64,000 bases of DNA from IMG/VR virus record IMGVR_UViG_2778261161_000002; one strand, written 5' to 3'. This stretch comes from a virus. Its lineage: Duplodnaviria > Heunggongvirae > Uroviricota > Caudoviricetes. The position numbers and the translations under genes were made by a program. Below are positions 48,850 through 57,879 of this stretch, piece by piece; the stretch's first letter is position 1; the number at the start of each line of letters is the position of its first letter. The notes under the pieces are model-generated. The model saw nothing but the letters and a program-made list of their open reading frames with translations, was not told where the DNA came from and did not search any database.

Positions 48850-49428
48850 ATGCAGAAACAGAGCTATTGGGAGAAACAGAGACAAAAAGCCATGCAAAAA
48901 TTGGCTGACCCAGCCTGGCGAGAGGAACAAAGGGCAAAGCGCCTTCAACAAGCTCAACGCCAGCAGCAGCGAGCGAGAGAAAAAGCCGCATCGCCTGAAT
49001 ATCGGCAAAAGAAAATTGAAAAAGCAAAGCAATATGAACAGCGGAGAAAAGATAAAGCTGTATCCGCTCCGCCCAAAAAAACACGCACGTCACGCGGCCT
49101 GAAGGGCAGATCACTCACAGCCGATGAACGCCGGATACAGACCGCTATCGGTACTCTCCCCTGCATTGCCTGCCATATTCACGGGCAACATAGCCCAGTG
49201 GTATCCCTGCACCATATCTTCGGGAGAACGGCAGAGAACGCACATAAATATGTCCTCCCTTTGTGTAAATGGCACCACCAGTACGCAGCGCCAGCCGAGG
49301 TCCGAGAACAATATCCCTGGCTGGTCCCTGTTCATGCTGATGGAAAAATAGGCGGAAAAGCAGATTTCATACGGCACAATGCCGATGAAATGGCGTTGTA
49401 TCAGATGGCGATTGAATTAATAAATTAG
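48850..49428 (+). CDS. ref: Ref-like HNH endonuclease (recombination enhancement function)
   Basis: 192 aa; basic N-terminus and C-terminal GLKGR...LPCIACHIHG...SLHHI...WHHQ.AAPAEVRE.YPWLVPVHADG matching P1 Ref as recalled. Confidence 0.8.
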   Translation: MQKQSYWEKQRQKAMQKLADPAWREEQRAKRLQQAQRQQQRAREKAASPEYRQKKIEKAKQYEQRRKDKAVSAPPKKTRTSRGLKGRSLTADERRIQTAIGTLPCIACHIHGQHSPVVSLHHIFGRTAENAHKYVLPLCKWHHQYAAPAEVREQYPWLVPVHADGKIGGKADFIRHNADEMALYQMAIELIN

Positions 49429-49446
49429 TTTTCTAACATTTTAAGT
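49427..49446. promoter_or_regulatory. TTTTCTAACATTTTAAG motif (operator-like site M)
   Basis: motif family member just after ref. Confidence 0.35.
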
Positions 49447-49759
49447 TGAATTGTAAATTTCTCCGATGTACATTCACTACCGATTGGCACACCGGTCAAC
49501 TTTTTGAGACAAACTGTTTAGTTTTTCGTATTATTGCCCCCGCCATACCTATGGCGGTGCAATATAGGTGGCTGAAAAGCCCCCGTTGACTCACGGTGTT
49601 CCAGCCTTTATTGCGCCGCCACCAGACCGTGGAACAGTCGATGGCGGCTCCGAAAGCAAGGAGTCACTACACTATGAACAACTACAGTCTTTTCCCATCA
49701 CTCGTCGTCCACCACTCACGCGATAATCTGCATTCTTTATTCGCGCTGGGGGAGTCAAA

Positions 49760-49927
49760 ATGACTGTTCGCTACCTCAACTTTCAAATCAAGAACATTAC
49801 TGGCGGTTGCTATGACTGGTTTGTCACTCTCGGAAAAGAAGTGATTACCGGGAAGCTGGATGAAGTGAAAGCTAAAGCAATGGCCTACGCCTGCAAGCAA
49901 GCCCGGAAGAAATCCGCCAAAGCATAA
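49760..49927 (+). CDS. 55-aa basic small protein
   Basis: GGGGGAG RBS then ATG; below ORF-track size cut-off. Confidence 0.3.
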   Translation: MTVRYLNFQIKNITGGCYDWFVTLGKEVITGKLDEVKAKAMAYACKQARKKSAKA

Positions 49928-50094
49928 AATACTGACTGTTGCGCCCTGGCATTATCGTGGGGTATATTTCTACGGCACCTTAGAAAAACGGGTGCCGGGA
50001 TTGGAACCCCGGATAATGCAAAAGGCGACACAGACGCCGAAAGCGTCTTTTCTTGTGTCATGCCATCGCACAGCCATACGTAGCGTTTAGCTCA

Positions 50095-50215
50095 GAGATC
50101 AATGGTAGTGCTGGCTGGGCTGCCGAAAGGCAGGCCGGTTCCCTTTTGCGCCGGTAGTTCCAACCCAGTCAGTGCTACCGCCATTGAGATTGGAACCTCA
50201 CGCGGTAGCTCCTTA
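50095..50215 (+). ncRNA. second c4-like antisense RNA region (distinct specificity)
   Basis: GGTAGTTCCAACC (50152-) complementary to repeated GATTGGAACC elements at 50000 and 50189; same layout as 10030-10240 with different sequence. Confidence 0.35.
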
Positions 50216-50239
50216 AATTAGCAAAAGGAGGCTGCCAAT

Positions 50240-50455
50240 ATGGCTACTATCCCTACCCCAACTCATTCTGAATTTATCTGGCGTTTCTATTCCTGCCAAA
50301 AACACCTGTATATCTGCGTCATGGCTGCAACCGAAGCAGAAGCTCGTTCATACCTTCCTGAAGAACCCTGCATTTTTGCCGCACGCTTCACTCTTGATGC
50401 GATGGAGATCCTCAATTACTGGAATCTGCCAATGAACTGCGTGGAGGTGCACTGA
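50240..50455 (+). CDS. icd: Icd-like small protein (copy 2)
   Basis: 71 aa; paralogue of 10246..10470. Confidence 0.45.
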   Translation: MATIPTPTHSEFIWRFYSCQKHLYICVMAATEAEARSYLPEEPCIFAARFTLDAMEILNYWNLPMNCVEVH

Positions 50456-51396
50456 TGAATCTGTCCATCTCTCAAAAAGCGACAATGACCAGCATTGAGA
50501 TCGCGGAACTGGTAGGAAGTCGCCAAGATAGTGTGAAGAGAACTATCGAAACACTGGCTAAAAAGAGTGTGATCCAATTTCCACAATCTGTGGAAATTGA
50601 AAATAAACAATCAGTTGGCCCTCGTCGATTTTCCAAGGCTTACATCTTTGAAGGCGAACAAGGCAAGCGCGATAGTATCATTGTCGTCGCACAGCTCTCT
50701 CCGGAATTCACCGCCCGGCTGGTGGACCGCTGGCGCGAACTGGAGAATGCCAGGGGACCGTTAAAATCAAAAGCCGAAATCCTGGCTGAAATGGCGCAAA
50801 TGCATCTTGAGCATGAACGCCGGATCAACGCCGTAAATGCCCAGGTAGCCGAGGTATCAGCACAAGTATCGATGGTCGCTGAAACACTCGAGCAAATAAA
50901 GAAAGGCAATATGCCGGAAGGCTACATTGGCTACCGCCAGCTGGCGGCGAAATGCGGCCTGACTGAAGCCAAATGTCGCAACCTGGTTAACGCTTACCGG
51001 ATACCCACTGATACGCATGAGTTTTTGACTCCCGACGGTTTGCTTGCGCGACGCTCAATTGTGGCCCTGGCCCCCTTCCGGAAAGCCTTTAAGCAGGTTA
51101 TGTCGGAGGCAGAACCACGCAACAAACGCTGGTATCATCCAAAGATGGGGATGTTTCAGGCAATCCACCATCCTGTGCCTGAAAGTCCAAAGGCAAACCT
51201 GTCGTTGCATACCGCCAGAGAGAGGATTAAAACAGGGTATGCAATCGTATGCCGTCGAGCATCTTGGCCTGAAGGTGTATGGGTATGGCCCGAAGGTGGA
51301 TCACGAAAGCACTGGCGCACTATCCGGGATGGGAAAATCCATGCGATTGATTTAGCTCCAGAGGATGTTGTTGCTACGGACTGGATTGTTAGTTAA
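50455..51396 (+). CDS. ant: Rha-family antirepressor-like regulator (copy 2)
   Basis: 313 aa; N-terminal and central regions nearly identical to 10470..11177, different C-terminus. Confidence 0.55.
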   Translation: MNLSISQKATMTSIEIAELVGSRQDSVKRTIETLAKKSVIQFPQSVEIENKQSVGPRRFSKAYIFEGEQGKRDSIIVVAQLSPEFTARLVDRWRELENARGPLKSKAEILAEMAQMHLEHERRINAVNAQVAEVSAQVSMVAETLEQIKKGNMPEGYIGYRQLAAKCGLTEAKCRNLVNAYRIPTDTHEFLTPDGLLARRSIVALAPFRKAFKQVMSEAEPRNKRWYHPKMGMFQAIHHPVPESPKANLSLHTARERIKTGYAIVCRRASWPEGVWVWPEGGSRKHWRTIRDGKIHAIDLAPEDVVATDWIVS

Positions 51397-51404
51397 TTAC
51401 TGTT

Positions 51405-51426
51405 GCCCCGGCCTGTCCGGGGCTTT
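51405..51426 (+). terminator. intrinsic terminator-like hairpin
   Basis: GCCCCGG-CCTGT-CCGGGGC then TTT; same design as 11383-11407. Confidence 0.5.
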
Positions 51427-51455
51427 AACTACTAAATAACCGGATTCTCCGCACG

Positions 51456-51740
51456 ATGAAGAAAATAGATTTCACTTACTCTGCTGCCACAATCCAGCGA
51501 CGTTTCAGTCTCATAAGGGAAGTGGAACTATCAAAAAACTGGTATCAAATTCTACTGGATGAAGAGTTTTCACTGATGGTTATAGCAGAAAAATTGGCTA
51601 TGCCGAATGACCGGCACAAGGTCATAGCCAGCCTGGATCTGGTGACAAACAGATACTGGGAATCCGAGGAACTACTTGAAGTTGGCTTGATACGCGAGAT
51701 GATAGAACAGGCTGTTCCCCTCCACTTACAGCAACCATAA
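51456..51740 (+). CDS. hypothetical protein
   Basis: 94 aa ORF. Confidence 0.4.
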   Translation: MKKIDFTYSAATIQRRFSLIREVELSKNWYQILLDEEFSLMVIAEKLAMPNDRHKVIASLDLVTNRYWESEELLEVGLIREMIEQAVPLHLQQP

Positions 51741-51876
51741 TTGAAAGGTCTTAACGATAGTCTGCCACGAATAGTTACTTTCACTGCCTAAAGTTATTTA
51801 ATTGCATTACAAAGTGTAAATTAGTAACATTAGAATCTCACACAGCACTATAACTATATGTTTTTTATGTAAAAGG

Positions 51877-52236
51877 ATGATAATCGTGGCTACTAAAATT
51901 AAACTTGAAAACCCTCAAACTGGCGAATCAATCACCGGTTTTTATGGTTTTTCCTGGACTACATTCTTGTTTGGTGCTTTTCCAGCTTTGTTCAGGAAAG
52001 ACTTTATAACTTTTATTGGGGTATTCGTAGTGATGCTGATACTGGCATTCCTCACAGCCGGAATTGGCCCGTGGATTGCCTCATTTATCTGGGCGTTCAT
52101 GTATAATAAATATTTCACCGTAAATAAGATAAAACAAGGCTTCATTTTTGCTGGTTCTCACACAGAAAATGAGTTGGCTGCTAGCAAGCTAGGATTGTCA
52201 TTAAATCAAAACAACTGCAAAACTATTACCGAGTAA
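51877..52236 (+). CDS. two-TM inner membrane protein (DUF2628-like)
   Basis: GFYGFSWTTFLFGAFPALFRKDF motif and two hydrophobic helices; AT-rich; start may be GTG 51886. Confidence 0.45.
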   Translation: MIIVATKIKLENPQTGESITGFYGFSWTTFLFGAFPALFRKDFITFIGVFVVMLILAFLTAGIGPWIASFIWAFMYNKYFTVNKIKQGFIFAGSHTENELAASKLGLSLNQNNCKTITE

Positions 52237-52276
52237 TAGCCAAAAAGCAGGCTTAATAGTAAGCCTGCTATGTCAA

Positions 52277-53098
52277 TCACGAATCTCTCTGACAATTCAG
52301 AAACATAAACGCCCGCTTGTCTGTTAAATCCGTAACATAATACTCTCTCATGCCTGTAGGTTTTATTCTACGAGCATATACAAACTTATGAACTGGTTGT
52401 TTTTCCCCATAACTTACATCAGTCCTAAATTCATCAACCACGCTACCATCTTTTTCGACTTCCTTCCTCACCAGCTTATTTTCTAATGCTGGCTTTAATT
52501 CGTCCATGCCACTAAAAGCATCCTGGCCTGTACTATTGCCTCGATTTCCGCGCGGCAAATCCCAGGAGAAATAAGTGCCATAGTCAGTAATCACACGATC
52601 CCAGACTCCGGTATCCCCCATATAGTTAGAGCGCTTTCCATTGTAGGTTACAGCCACTTTACAGGAGTACGTTTCTTCATTCCCTCCAGCCTTACTCGCT
52701 GTGGTTGCAGGGATATTTTGGATAGATGCGCTTACGTCATCTTGCGTTAATTCCTCAACTGGAGCAAATTCATATATGGGTGTGCCGAGGCTATTTAAAT
52801 ATAACTTATATCTAACCCTAAGCGCACTTCCATCTGAGAATTCATACGTTCCCAGGCATTGGAGCTTATTTTTTTCTCTTATCTCATTGATCTGATTATA
52901 AGCATCAATTACAGAGATTGCTTCCTGATCGTCCTTCAGCAGTTCATTATAATCATCAATTAACATCTGTCTGGTTTTAGGGGCATTGCAGTCAATTTTG
53001 CTAAAATCATAAGCAAAGGCAAATGTGGGAACAGAGAGAGCAACAACAGTAGCAAGTATTGTTGAGGAACATCTTTTTCCATTTTTTATAAAAAACAT
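52277..53098 (-). CDS. secreted protein of unknown function
   Basis: 273 aa from Met with GGAG RBS; signal peptide ending AFA; AT-rich. Confidence 0.45.
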   Translation of the reverse strand: MFFIKNGKRCSSTILATVVALSVPTFAFAYDFSKIDCNAPKTRQMLIDDYNELLKDDQEAISVIDAYNQINEIREKNKLQCLGTYEFSDGSALRVRYKLYLNSLGTPIYEFAPVEELTQDDVSASIQNIPATTASKAGGNEETYSCKVAVTYNGKRSNYMGDTGVWDRVITDYGTYFSWDLPRGNRGNSTGQDAFSGMDELKPALENKLVRKEVEKDGSVVDEFRTDVSYGEKQPVHKFVYARRIKPTGMREYYVTDLTDKRAFMFLNCQRDS

Positions 53099-53393
53099 TT
53101 CATTAACTCCATACTTTACCATCTTAGCCGCGAGCGCGGTCCCTAAAACCATTAACTTCACTGCACCGTTCCTTCATGCAATCAAAATGACTTTTATGTT
53201 ATAAAAATAATCAGCCAAATCAACATGATTTAGGCCAAATTTCTGTCAAAAAATAAAATCCACAAAAAGTGGTTGACACTATTTTGGAAATCACAAACTG
53301 CACATAATCCATCGCGCTAACGGCTCCCGTTGAAGGTTCTTTTGACGATTAACTTTCAGCCGAAGCGCGGTAGGGAGTCATAACGCCAAAGCA

Positions 53394-53417
53394 GGCCGCC
53401 ATGTGCGGCCTTTTTTT
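53394..53417 (+). terminator. plus-strand intrinsic terminator
   Basis: GGCCGC-CATGT-GCGGCC followed by TTTTTTT, 28 nt before the 53445 start. Confidence 0.65.
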
Positions 53418-53444
53418 GTATCCGTCATCCGTGGAGGAAGGACA

Positions 53445-54098
53445 ATGGAAAAGATCGCAATATTCAGCCTGACCACCAGCAAGCCTCAAATGCTCACTGC
53501 AATACTGAAAGACGGTGCTCTCATTATTAACGAAGTAAAACCCCTTCCCGCGTCAGCATTGGAGCAAAAGCAAAAAATTCCTCCAGCTATAGCAGCCCTG
53601 CGGAAAAGCAAATTTAAGGTACTGGTAGACGAAATTACGCCAACGATCTCCGCTGGCACCGGAGCAAGCCAGGTGACTCTCAAGACCCGTCATGCCGATG
53701 GCAGAGCAGCAATCATCGTCGGGATGGAGAGATACAGAGAGTTAAAACTCCAGAAGCTATTATCCCTGCCGCAAAATAACAAAGGTGCTTTCGAAATCCC
53801 CGACTCCATCGTTGACACCGAATACAACGGTAACGGAGAAGAAGTCTACCGGGTGAACTGGCAGGATATCAGGCCGGAACATATTCTGATGATCCTGTGT
53901 TGCTACGCGACCGTATACCACAACGTTGCCAGTGCAGATTACGTAGAGCAGATGACCGGTACAGTCGAGAAAGAGCAAAAAACAGGCATACTCGCTTCGT
54001 TCCTTTCCATTATTGGGCATGAAAAAGTTAAAGCAGGCACCTCCCAGCCAAAGTCACTGGCCGGGAAAGAAGTTGATGAAGATACCGTGATACTTTGA
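53445..54098 (+). CDS. hypothetical protein (tail-cluster position)
   Basis: 217 aa from Met with GGAGGAAGG RBS. Confidence 0.45.
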   Translation: MEKIAIFSLTTSKPQMLTAILKDGALIINEVKPLPASALEQKQKIPPAIAALRKSKFKVLVDEITPTISAGTGASQVTLKTRHADGRAAIIVGMERYRELKLQKLLSLPQNNKGAFEIPDSIVDTEYNGNGEEVYRVNWQDIRPEHILMILCCYATVYHNVASADYVEQMTGTVEKEQKTGILASFLSIIGHEKVKAGTSQPKSLAGKEVDEDTVIL

Positions 54099-54233
54099 TC
54101 ACATTAGTAGCTTTGTTAACTCCCTCAATACCAGGTAGAAGAGTAACAAAAATATTGACGCAAGTATTTGCGTGGTCAATGAGGCGTTCATAAACAGATC
54201 AATAAGCTTTAACAATTCTAGAATAACATCCAT
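54099..54233 (-). CDS. 44-aa hydrophobic peptide
   Basis: MDVILELLKLIDLFMNASLTTQILASIFLLLFYLVLRELTKLLM; GGAG 8 nt upstream; below ORF-track size cut-off. Confidence 0.3.
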   Translation of the reverse strand: MDVILELLKLIDLFMNASLTTQILASIFLLLFYLVLRELTKLLM

Positions 54234-54411
54234 GTCATTCACTCCGTTTAATTTTTAATCTAATGCCAGCAAATGAAGCTGGCCCCCGCATAAAGATTAA
54301 TGAAAGTCACTTGTCACCAGTGAGGGGATCCCTGAACTGGTGGCCTGTCTGTTTCTCGCATTTCACACCCTGCATACAGTTTCCCCCAGGTTATGACTGA
54401 GAGGCTTTGTT

Positions 54412-54741
54412 ATGGGCTATAGCAGACTCGACGATAGGTACATTGAAGACGATATTTTTCGTGCGCTGTTTCACCAGGAAATGATTAAGCGGGTATCGGA
54501 GTATCACTCTGATAATTTCCAGTACACGATAAAGATTGATGAAGTATATCGTTCAGACCTTGCAGCCTACAGGGCGTATGGCAATGCAGATTTGCGCTGG
54601 GTATTCCGGGTGCTGGTGGGCCATGAGTCAGAAATGGAAGAAATGCCCGCAGGGACCACGTTAACTCTTCCTGATGTGGCATGGCTGAGGAACAAGATCC
54701 GTGATTACGCAAGCGCGGAACCGGAGATAGAAAATGCCTGA
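54412..54741 (+). CDS. tail protein X-like (LysM-like) protein
   Basis: 109 aa; YRAYGNADLRWVFRVLVGHESEMEEMPAGTTLTLPDV resembles P2 gpX. Confidence 0.35.
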   Translation: MGYSRLDDRYIEDDIFRALFHQEMIKRVSEYHSDNFQYTIKIDEVYRSDLAAYRAYGNADLRWVFRVLVGHESEMEEMPAGTTLTLPDVAWLRNKIRDYASAEPEIENA

Positions 54742-55927
54742 TTTCCTGAAAAACCAGGACGGGCGCTATATCACTGACGGCCTGTCCTCTAAGGACTTCA
54801 CGCGTTTATTCGACCTTATCAGGAAAGAACAAACCCGTAAGCGCCGACAAGCTCACCGGACGCTGACGCCAGGTAGACTGAGGAACAAATCCGCCGAAGA
54901 TATTCTCAAGTTAGGGAAGAAAAAAGGCGGCACGTTCTTCACGCGAGACGACCTGAAAGGTTTCGAAAAGCTACGGAGTAAAACGCGCGAAAAATATGAC
55001 AGCAAGACGGCTGGCATCACATACGCCCAGCTGGTGGCATCCAGCCAGGCAATCGATATTAAGCGTGCAAATAACGCCGTGGATGACGGATCTGGTATCA
55101 AAAGAGCTACACCCGTATCTCTTCGCCACAATGTGATTAATATCCGCGTAGAAGCATCGGATATATCCGTCCACCAGCACCATATCGTCCGGATACGCTT
55201 TGAAGAATGGGAGCAGATGGTTGATGACATCGCAGAAGACGATAAATCAGCTCTCAAAATCACTAAATCACTGTGCGCCGGGCGAGTGTCTTTCGATTGT
55301 GACTGTGGTCGTCATCAATACTGGTATCGTTACATCGCCACTGCGGGTAACTTTGCCCTGGCACCGCCAAAAGAATACGCCTATCCAAAAGTTCGCAACC
55401 CGAAGCTGCAAGGCGTCGCCTGTAAACACGTGATCCACTCAATGACGCGGTTACAGTCCGCCAGTTGGCAAATGAGTATTGCTCGTGCGCTACAAAAGGC
55501 TGCAACGCAAATTGCATTTGGTGACGATCGCCGCCGTACAACCAAACACTTCTCAAAAGAAGACGAGAAGGAGTTTAATCGCAATCGTAGCAGTAAAACG
55601 AACGTTGAAGCCGCCAAACGCGAATGGAGGCTCTATCAGAAGCGCCAGGCAGCTTTAAGTACAAAACTGGCAAAGGACAACGGCAAGATCGACAAACTAC
55701 GTGACCAATTGACCAAGGCCAGAAAGTTGTCAGATGCACAGAAAAAACGGGCGGCAGCAAAAGAAGCGGCCTTGCAACGTGAGAAACAGAAAAACAAGGA
55801 GCTTCAGCAACGCCTTGCCGATCAGTTCGCACTGAAGAAGCAGGCGTTCATTGATGCGCTTGTCATGGCTGGAACACCACCAGCACAAGCTGAAAAAATG
55901 TTCATGGAGTATGTAAAAAAAGCATAA
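54734..55927 (+). CDS. SWIM zinc-finger protein with C-terminal coiled coil
   Basis: 397 aa; CxC...CxH arrangement (FDCDCGRHQ ... GVACKHVIH). Confidence 0.45.
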   Translation: MPDFLKNQDGRYITDGLSSKDFTRLFDLIRKEQTRKRRQAHRTLTPGRLRNKSAEDILKLGKKKGGTFFTRDDLKGFEKLRSKTREKYDSKTAGITYAQLVASSQAIDIKRANNAVDDGSGIKRATPVSLRHNVINIRVEASDISVHQHHIVRIRFEEWEQMVDDIAEDDKSALKITKSLCAGRVSFDCDCGRHQYWYRYIATAGNFALAPPKEYAYPKVRNPKLQGVACKHVIHSMTRLQSASWQMSIARALQKAATQIAFGDDRRRTTKHFSKEDEKEFNRNRSSKTNVEAAKREWRLYQKRQAALSTKLAKDNGKIDKLRDQLTKARKLSDAQKKRAAAKEAALQREKQKNKELQQRLADQFALKKQAFIDALVMAGTPPAQAEKMFMEYVKKA

Positions 55928-55960
55928 ACCACACATAGCCTAGCTGCCTAGGCTAGGCTT

Positions 55961-56689
55961 TCATCTTTTTGAAAAATCAATTTCCGTTTTATCAAATAAA
56001 TTTGAAATATCAGCAACCAATTTATTAAAATCATGATCGCCATTATAAAGCGAAGTCTTCTTTATTGCCATTACAAAATCATATAACTTTTCTGGGGAGT
56101 CAATACCAACCCCTCTACTTTTAAAAAGCTCAATGATAACTCCAACATCATCATATAATAACTTTATTGCCGCCATAATCTCTTTTTGCTGCCTAAGCAA
56201 TCTCTCAAGTTCATTTTTATTTTCATCCATAATTCTTTTGTTGAATTGTGTATCATTAATACTTTTTATTATTTCAGTCTCTTTTATTTGCAACGCCTTT
56301 CTTTTATTTTGATCCATGTCGGCATCCAAATACCTTATCTCTGTATATATTTTACTTGTTAGCTTTGATACGCAAAGAGTGACAATCGGAGCTGCAATTG
56401 ATGCAATAATTCCAAAAATAAATGGCAAGCAAAAATGATAAAGCCAAGGAGACAAAACGCCTTCATAAACTAGAGGAATCTTACCTCCAACAAATGTTAC
56501 AGATAAAGTATATAGGATATCATCCTTTGACTTCATCAATATTAGTATATCTTTCCAATTAATAATTAGAAAAGAAATTAATATATATGCAAACACTTTA
56601 TTAAAAAGCTTGTCTTTTATGGCATCTCCAAAAGATACTTTTATTAGATCATTTTCAGTCAATTTTTCTGTTGATGAATCTGTATTCAT
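55961..56689 (-). CDS. AT-rich two-TM membrane protein with long helical C-terminal domain
   Basis: 242 aa; TM helices about residues 33-53 and 80-105; very low GC; no family recognised. Confidence 0.6.
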   Translation of the reverse strand: MNTDSSTEKLTENDLIKVSFGDAIKDKLFNKVFAYILISFLIINWKDILILMKSKDDILYTLSVTFVGGKIPLVYEGVLSPWLYHFCLPFIFGIIASIAAPIVTLCVSKLTSKIYTEIRYLDADMDQNKRKALQIKETEIIKSINDTQFNKRIMDENKNELERLLRQQKEIMAAIKLLYDDVGVIIELFKSRGVGIDSPEKLYDFVMAIKKTSLYNGDHDFNKLVADISNLFDKTEIDFSKR

Positions 56690-56751
56690 ATAAACTACCG
56701 TGATTTCTAATATCTATTTTATGAAAATAGCGGTCATCCAGACCGCCAAAC

Positions 56752-57111
56752 TCAAATACCAACCAAGCTTTCAAGAGGAATGCCAAACTGGGAATGTAAA
56801 CGGCGAATCATAGGTAACGTCAAATTTCGTGTCCCATTTAGCACTTCGTAAACACGATTTGACTTACCAATCGCCGGTTCCAGATCCTTCACGGTCAGCC
56901 CTTGCTGTTCCATACGGAATTTAATGGCCTCAATAGGTGATGGTGGCTCAATTGGGTAATGTTTTTTCTCGTACTCCTCAATGAGAAGACTCATAACCTC
57001 AAAGAAATCACCTTCCGGAGTATTCATTTCCGGTTCGTTATCGAACATCGGTTCGACCGCACGCAGTGCGGCCTCATAATCTTGTTCTGTACGGATAGGT
57101 TTAATGTTCAT
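56752..57111 (-). CDS. HigA-family (COG5499-type) HTH antitoxin-like regulator
   Basis: 119 aa; C-terminal GLTVKDLEPAIGKSNRVYEVLNGTRNLTLPMIRRLHSQFGIPLESL parallels E. coli HigA. Confidence 0.6.
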   Translation of the reverse strand: MNIKPIRTEQDYEAALRAVEPMFDNEPEMNTPEGDFFEVMSLLIEEYEKKHYPIEPPSPIEAIKFRMEQQGLTVKDLEPAIGKSNRVYEVLNGTRNLTLPMIRRLHSQFGIPLESLVGI

Positions 57112-57123
57112 TAATTACAAAGG

Positions 57124-57150
57124 AAAGCCCACTTGCTAAGTGGGCTTTTT
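57124..57150. terminator. intrinsic terminator hairpin (bidirectional)
   Basis: AAGCCCACTT-GCTA-AAGTGGGCTT with flanking T/A runs. Confidence 0.6.
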
Positions 57151-57167
57151 GTATGTGTTTTACTATA

Positions 57168-57506
57168 TCAGGCTGCTTTTTTATTCAGGTTCCGCTGAGA
57201 AATAAATTTTTCAGCAGTATTGATACGACTTAACTCTTCCTGAACGCGCATATCATTTTCGACTTCCCACAGATCTACTGCGGTCTGAAGATTAATCCAA
57301 AAATCTACAGAAGTATCGAATGCTTTTGCCAGGCGATATGCCATATCCATCGTTAGCTTACGATTATTATTAACAAGAGCACTTACGGTGTTACGATGAA
57401 CATGAAGTATTTCTGCTAACTCGTTGATCTTCAGCTCTAACGGCTCCAGGTATTCGTACAGCAGGATATCACCTACGGTCGTCGGTTTTCTGGTTGCCTG
57501 TTTCAT
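57168..57506 (-). CDS. higA: HigA antitoxin (XRE-family HTH)
   Basis: 112 aa; canonical HigA HTH pattern. Confidence 0.8.
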   Translation of the reverse strand: MKQATRKPTTVGDILLYEYLEPLELKINELAEILHVHRNTVSALVNNNRKLTMDMAYRLAKAFDTSVDFWINLQTAVDLWEVENDMRVQEELSRINTAEKFISQRNLNKKAA

Positions 57507-57576
57507 TTTTTGCCCTTACTAGCGTGCGTATTAAGTGGACTCTGGTCAGAACCCGGTCCGTAACCGGGTATCTGTT

Positions 57577-57879
57577 TTAGTATTTGTGAGGGTCGAGATA
57601 CAAGTCCTCGGCCTTTCCGTTAACCCACTTAAAAATTAACCTATATTGCTTATTCACCCTTACTGATGAATAGCCATTTAGCTTCCCTGACAGTTCCTCA
57701 TACCGATTACCTGGTGGTGATCTTAAATCCTTACAGGTAGTTGCGGCATTGATAATGTCCAACTTCCGTGACAATGTCATATGAATATCAGGAGGTATCT
57801 TTCTATGTGGTGTTGAAAATTCAAAAAAATCATCAAGCCACGCATCCCTGAAATCCTTTATGTTAATTTTTTTGGTCAT
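57577..57879 (-). CDS. higB: HigB toxin (RelE/ParE superfamily killer protein)
   Basis: 100 aa; F.D.WL..FFE ... GNRYEELSGKL ... QYRLIF killer-protein signature. Confidence 0.8.
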   Translation of the reverse strand: MTKKINIKDFRDAWLDDFFEFSTPHRKIPPDIHMTLSRKLDIINAATTCKDLRSPPGNRYEELSGKLNGYSSVRVNKQYRLIFKWVNGKAEDLYLDPHKY

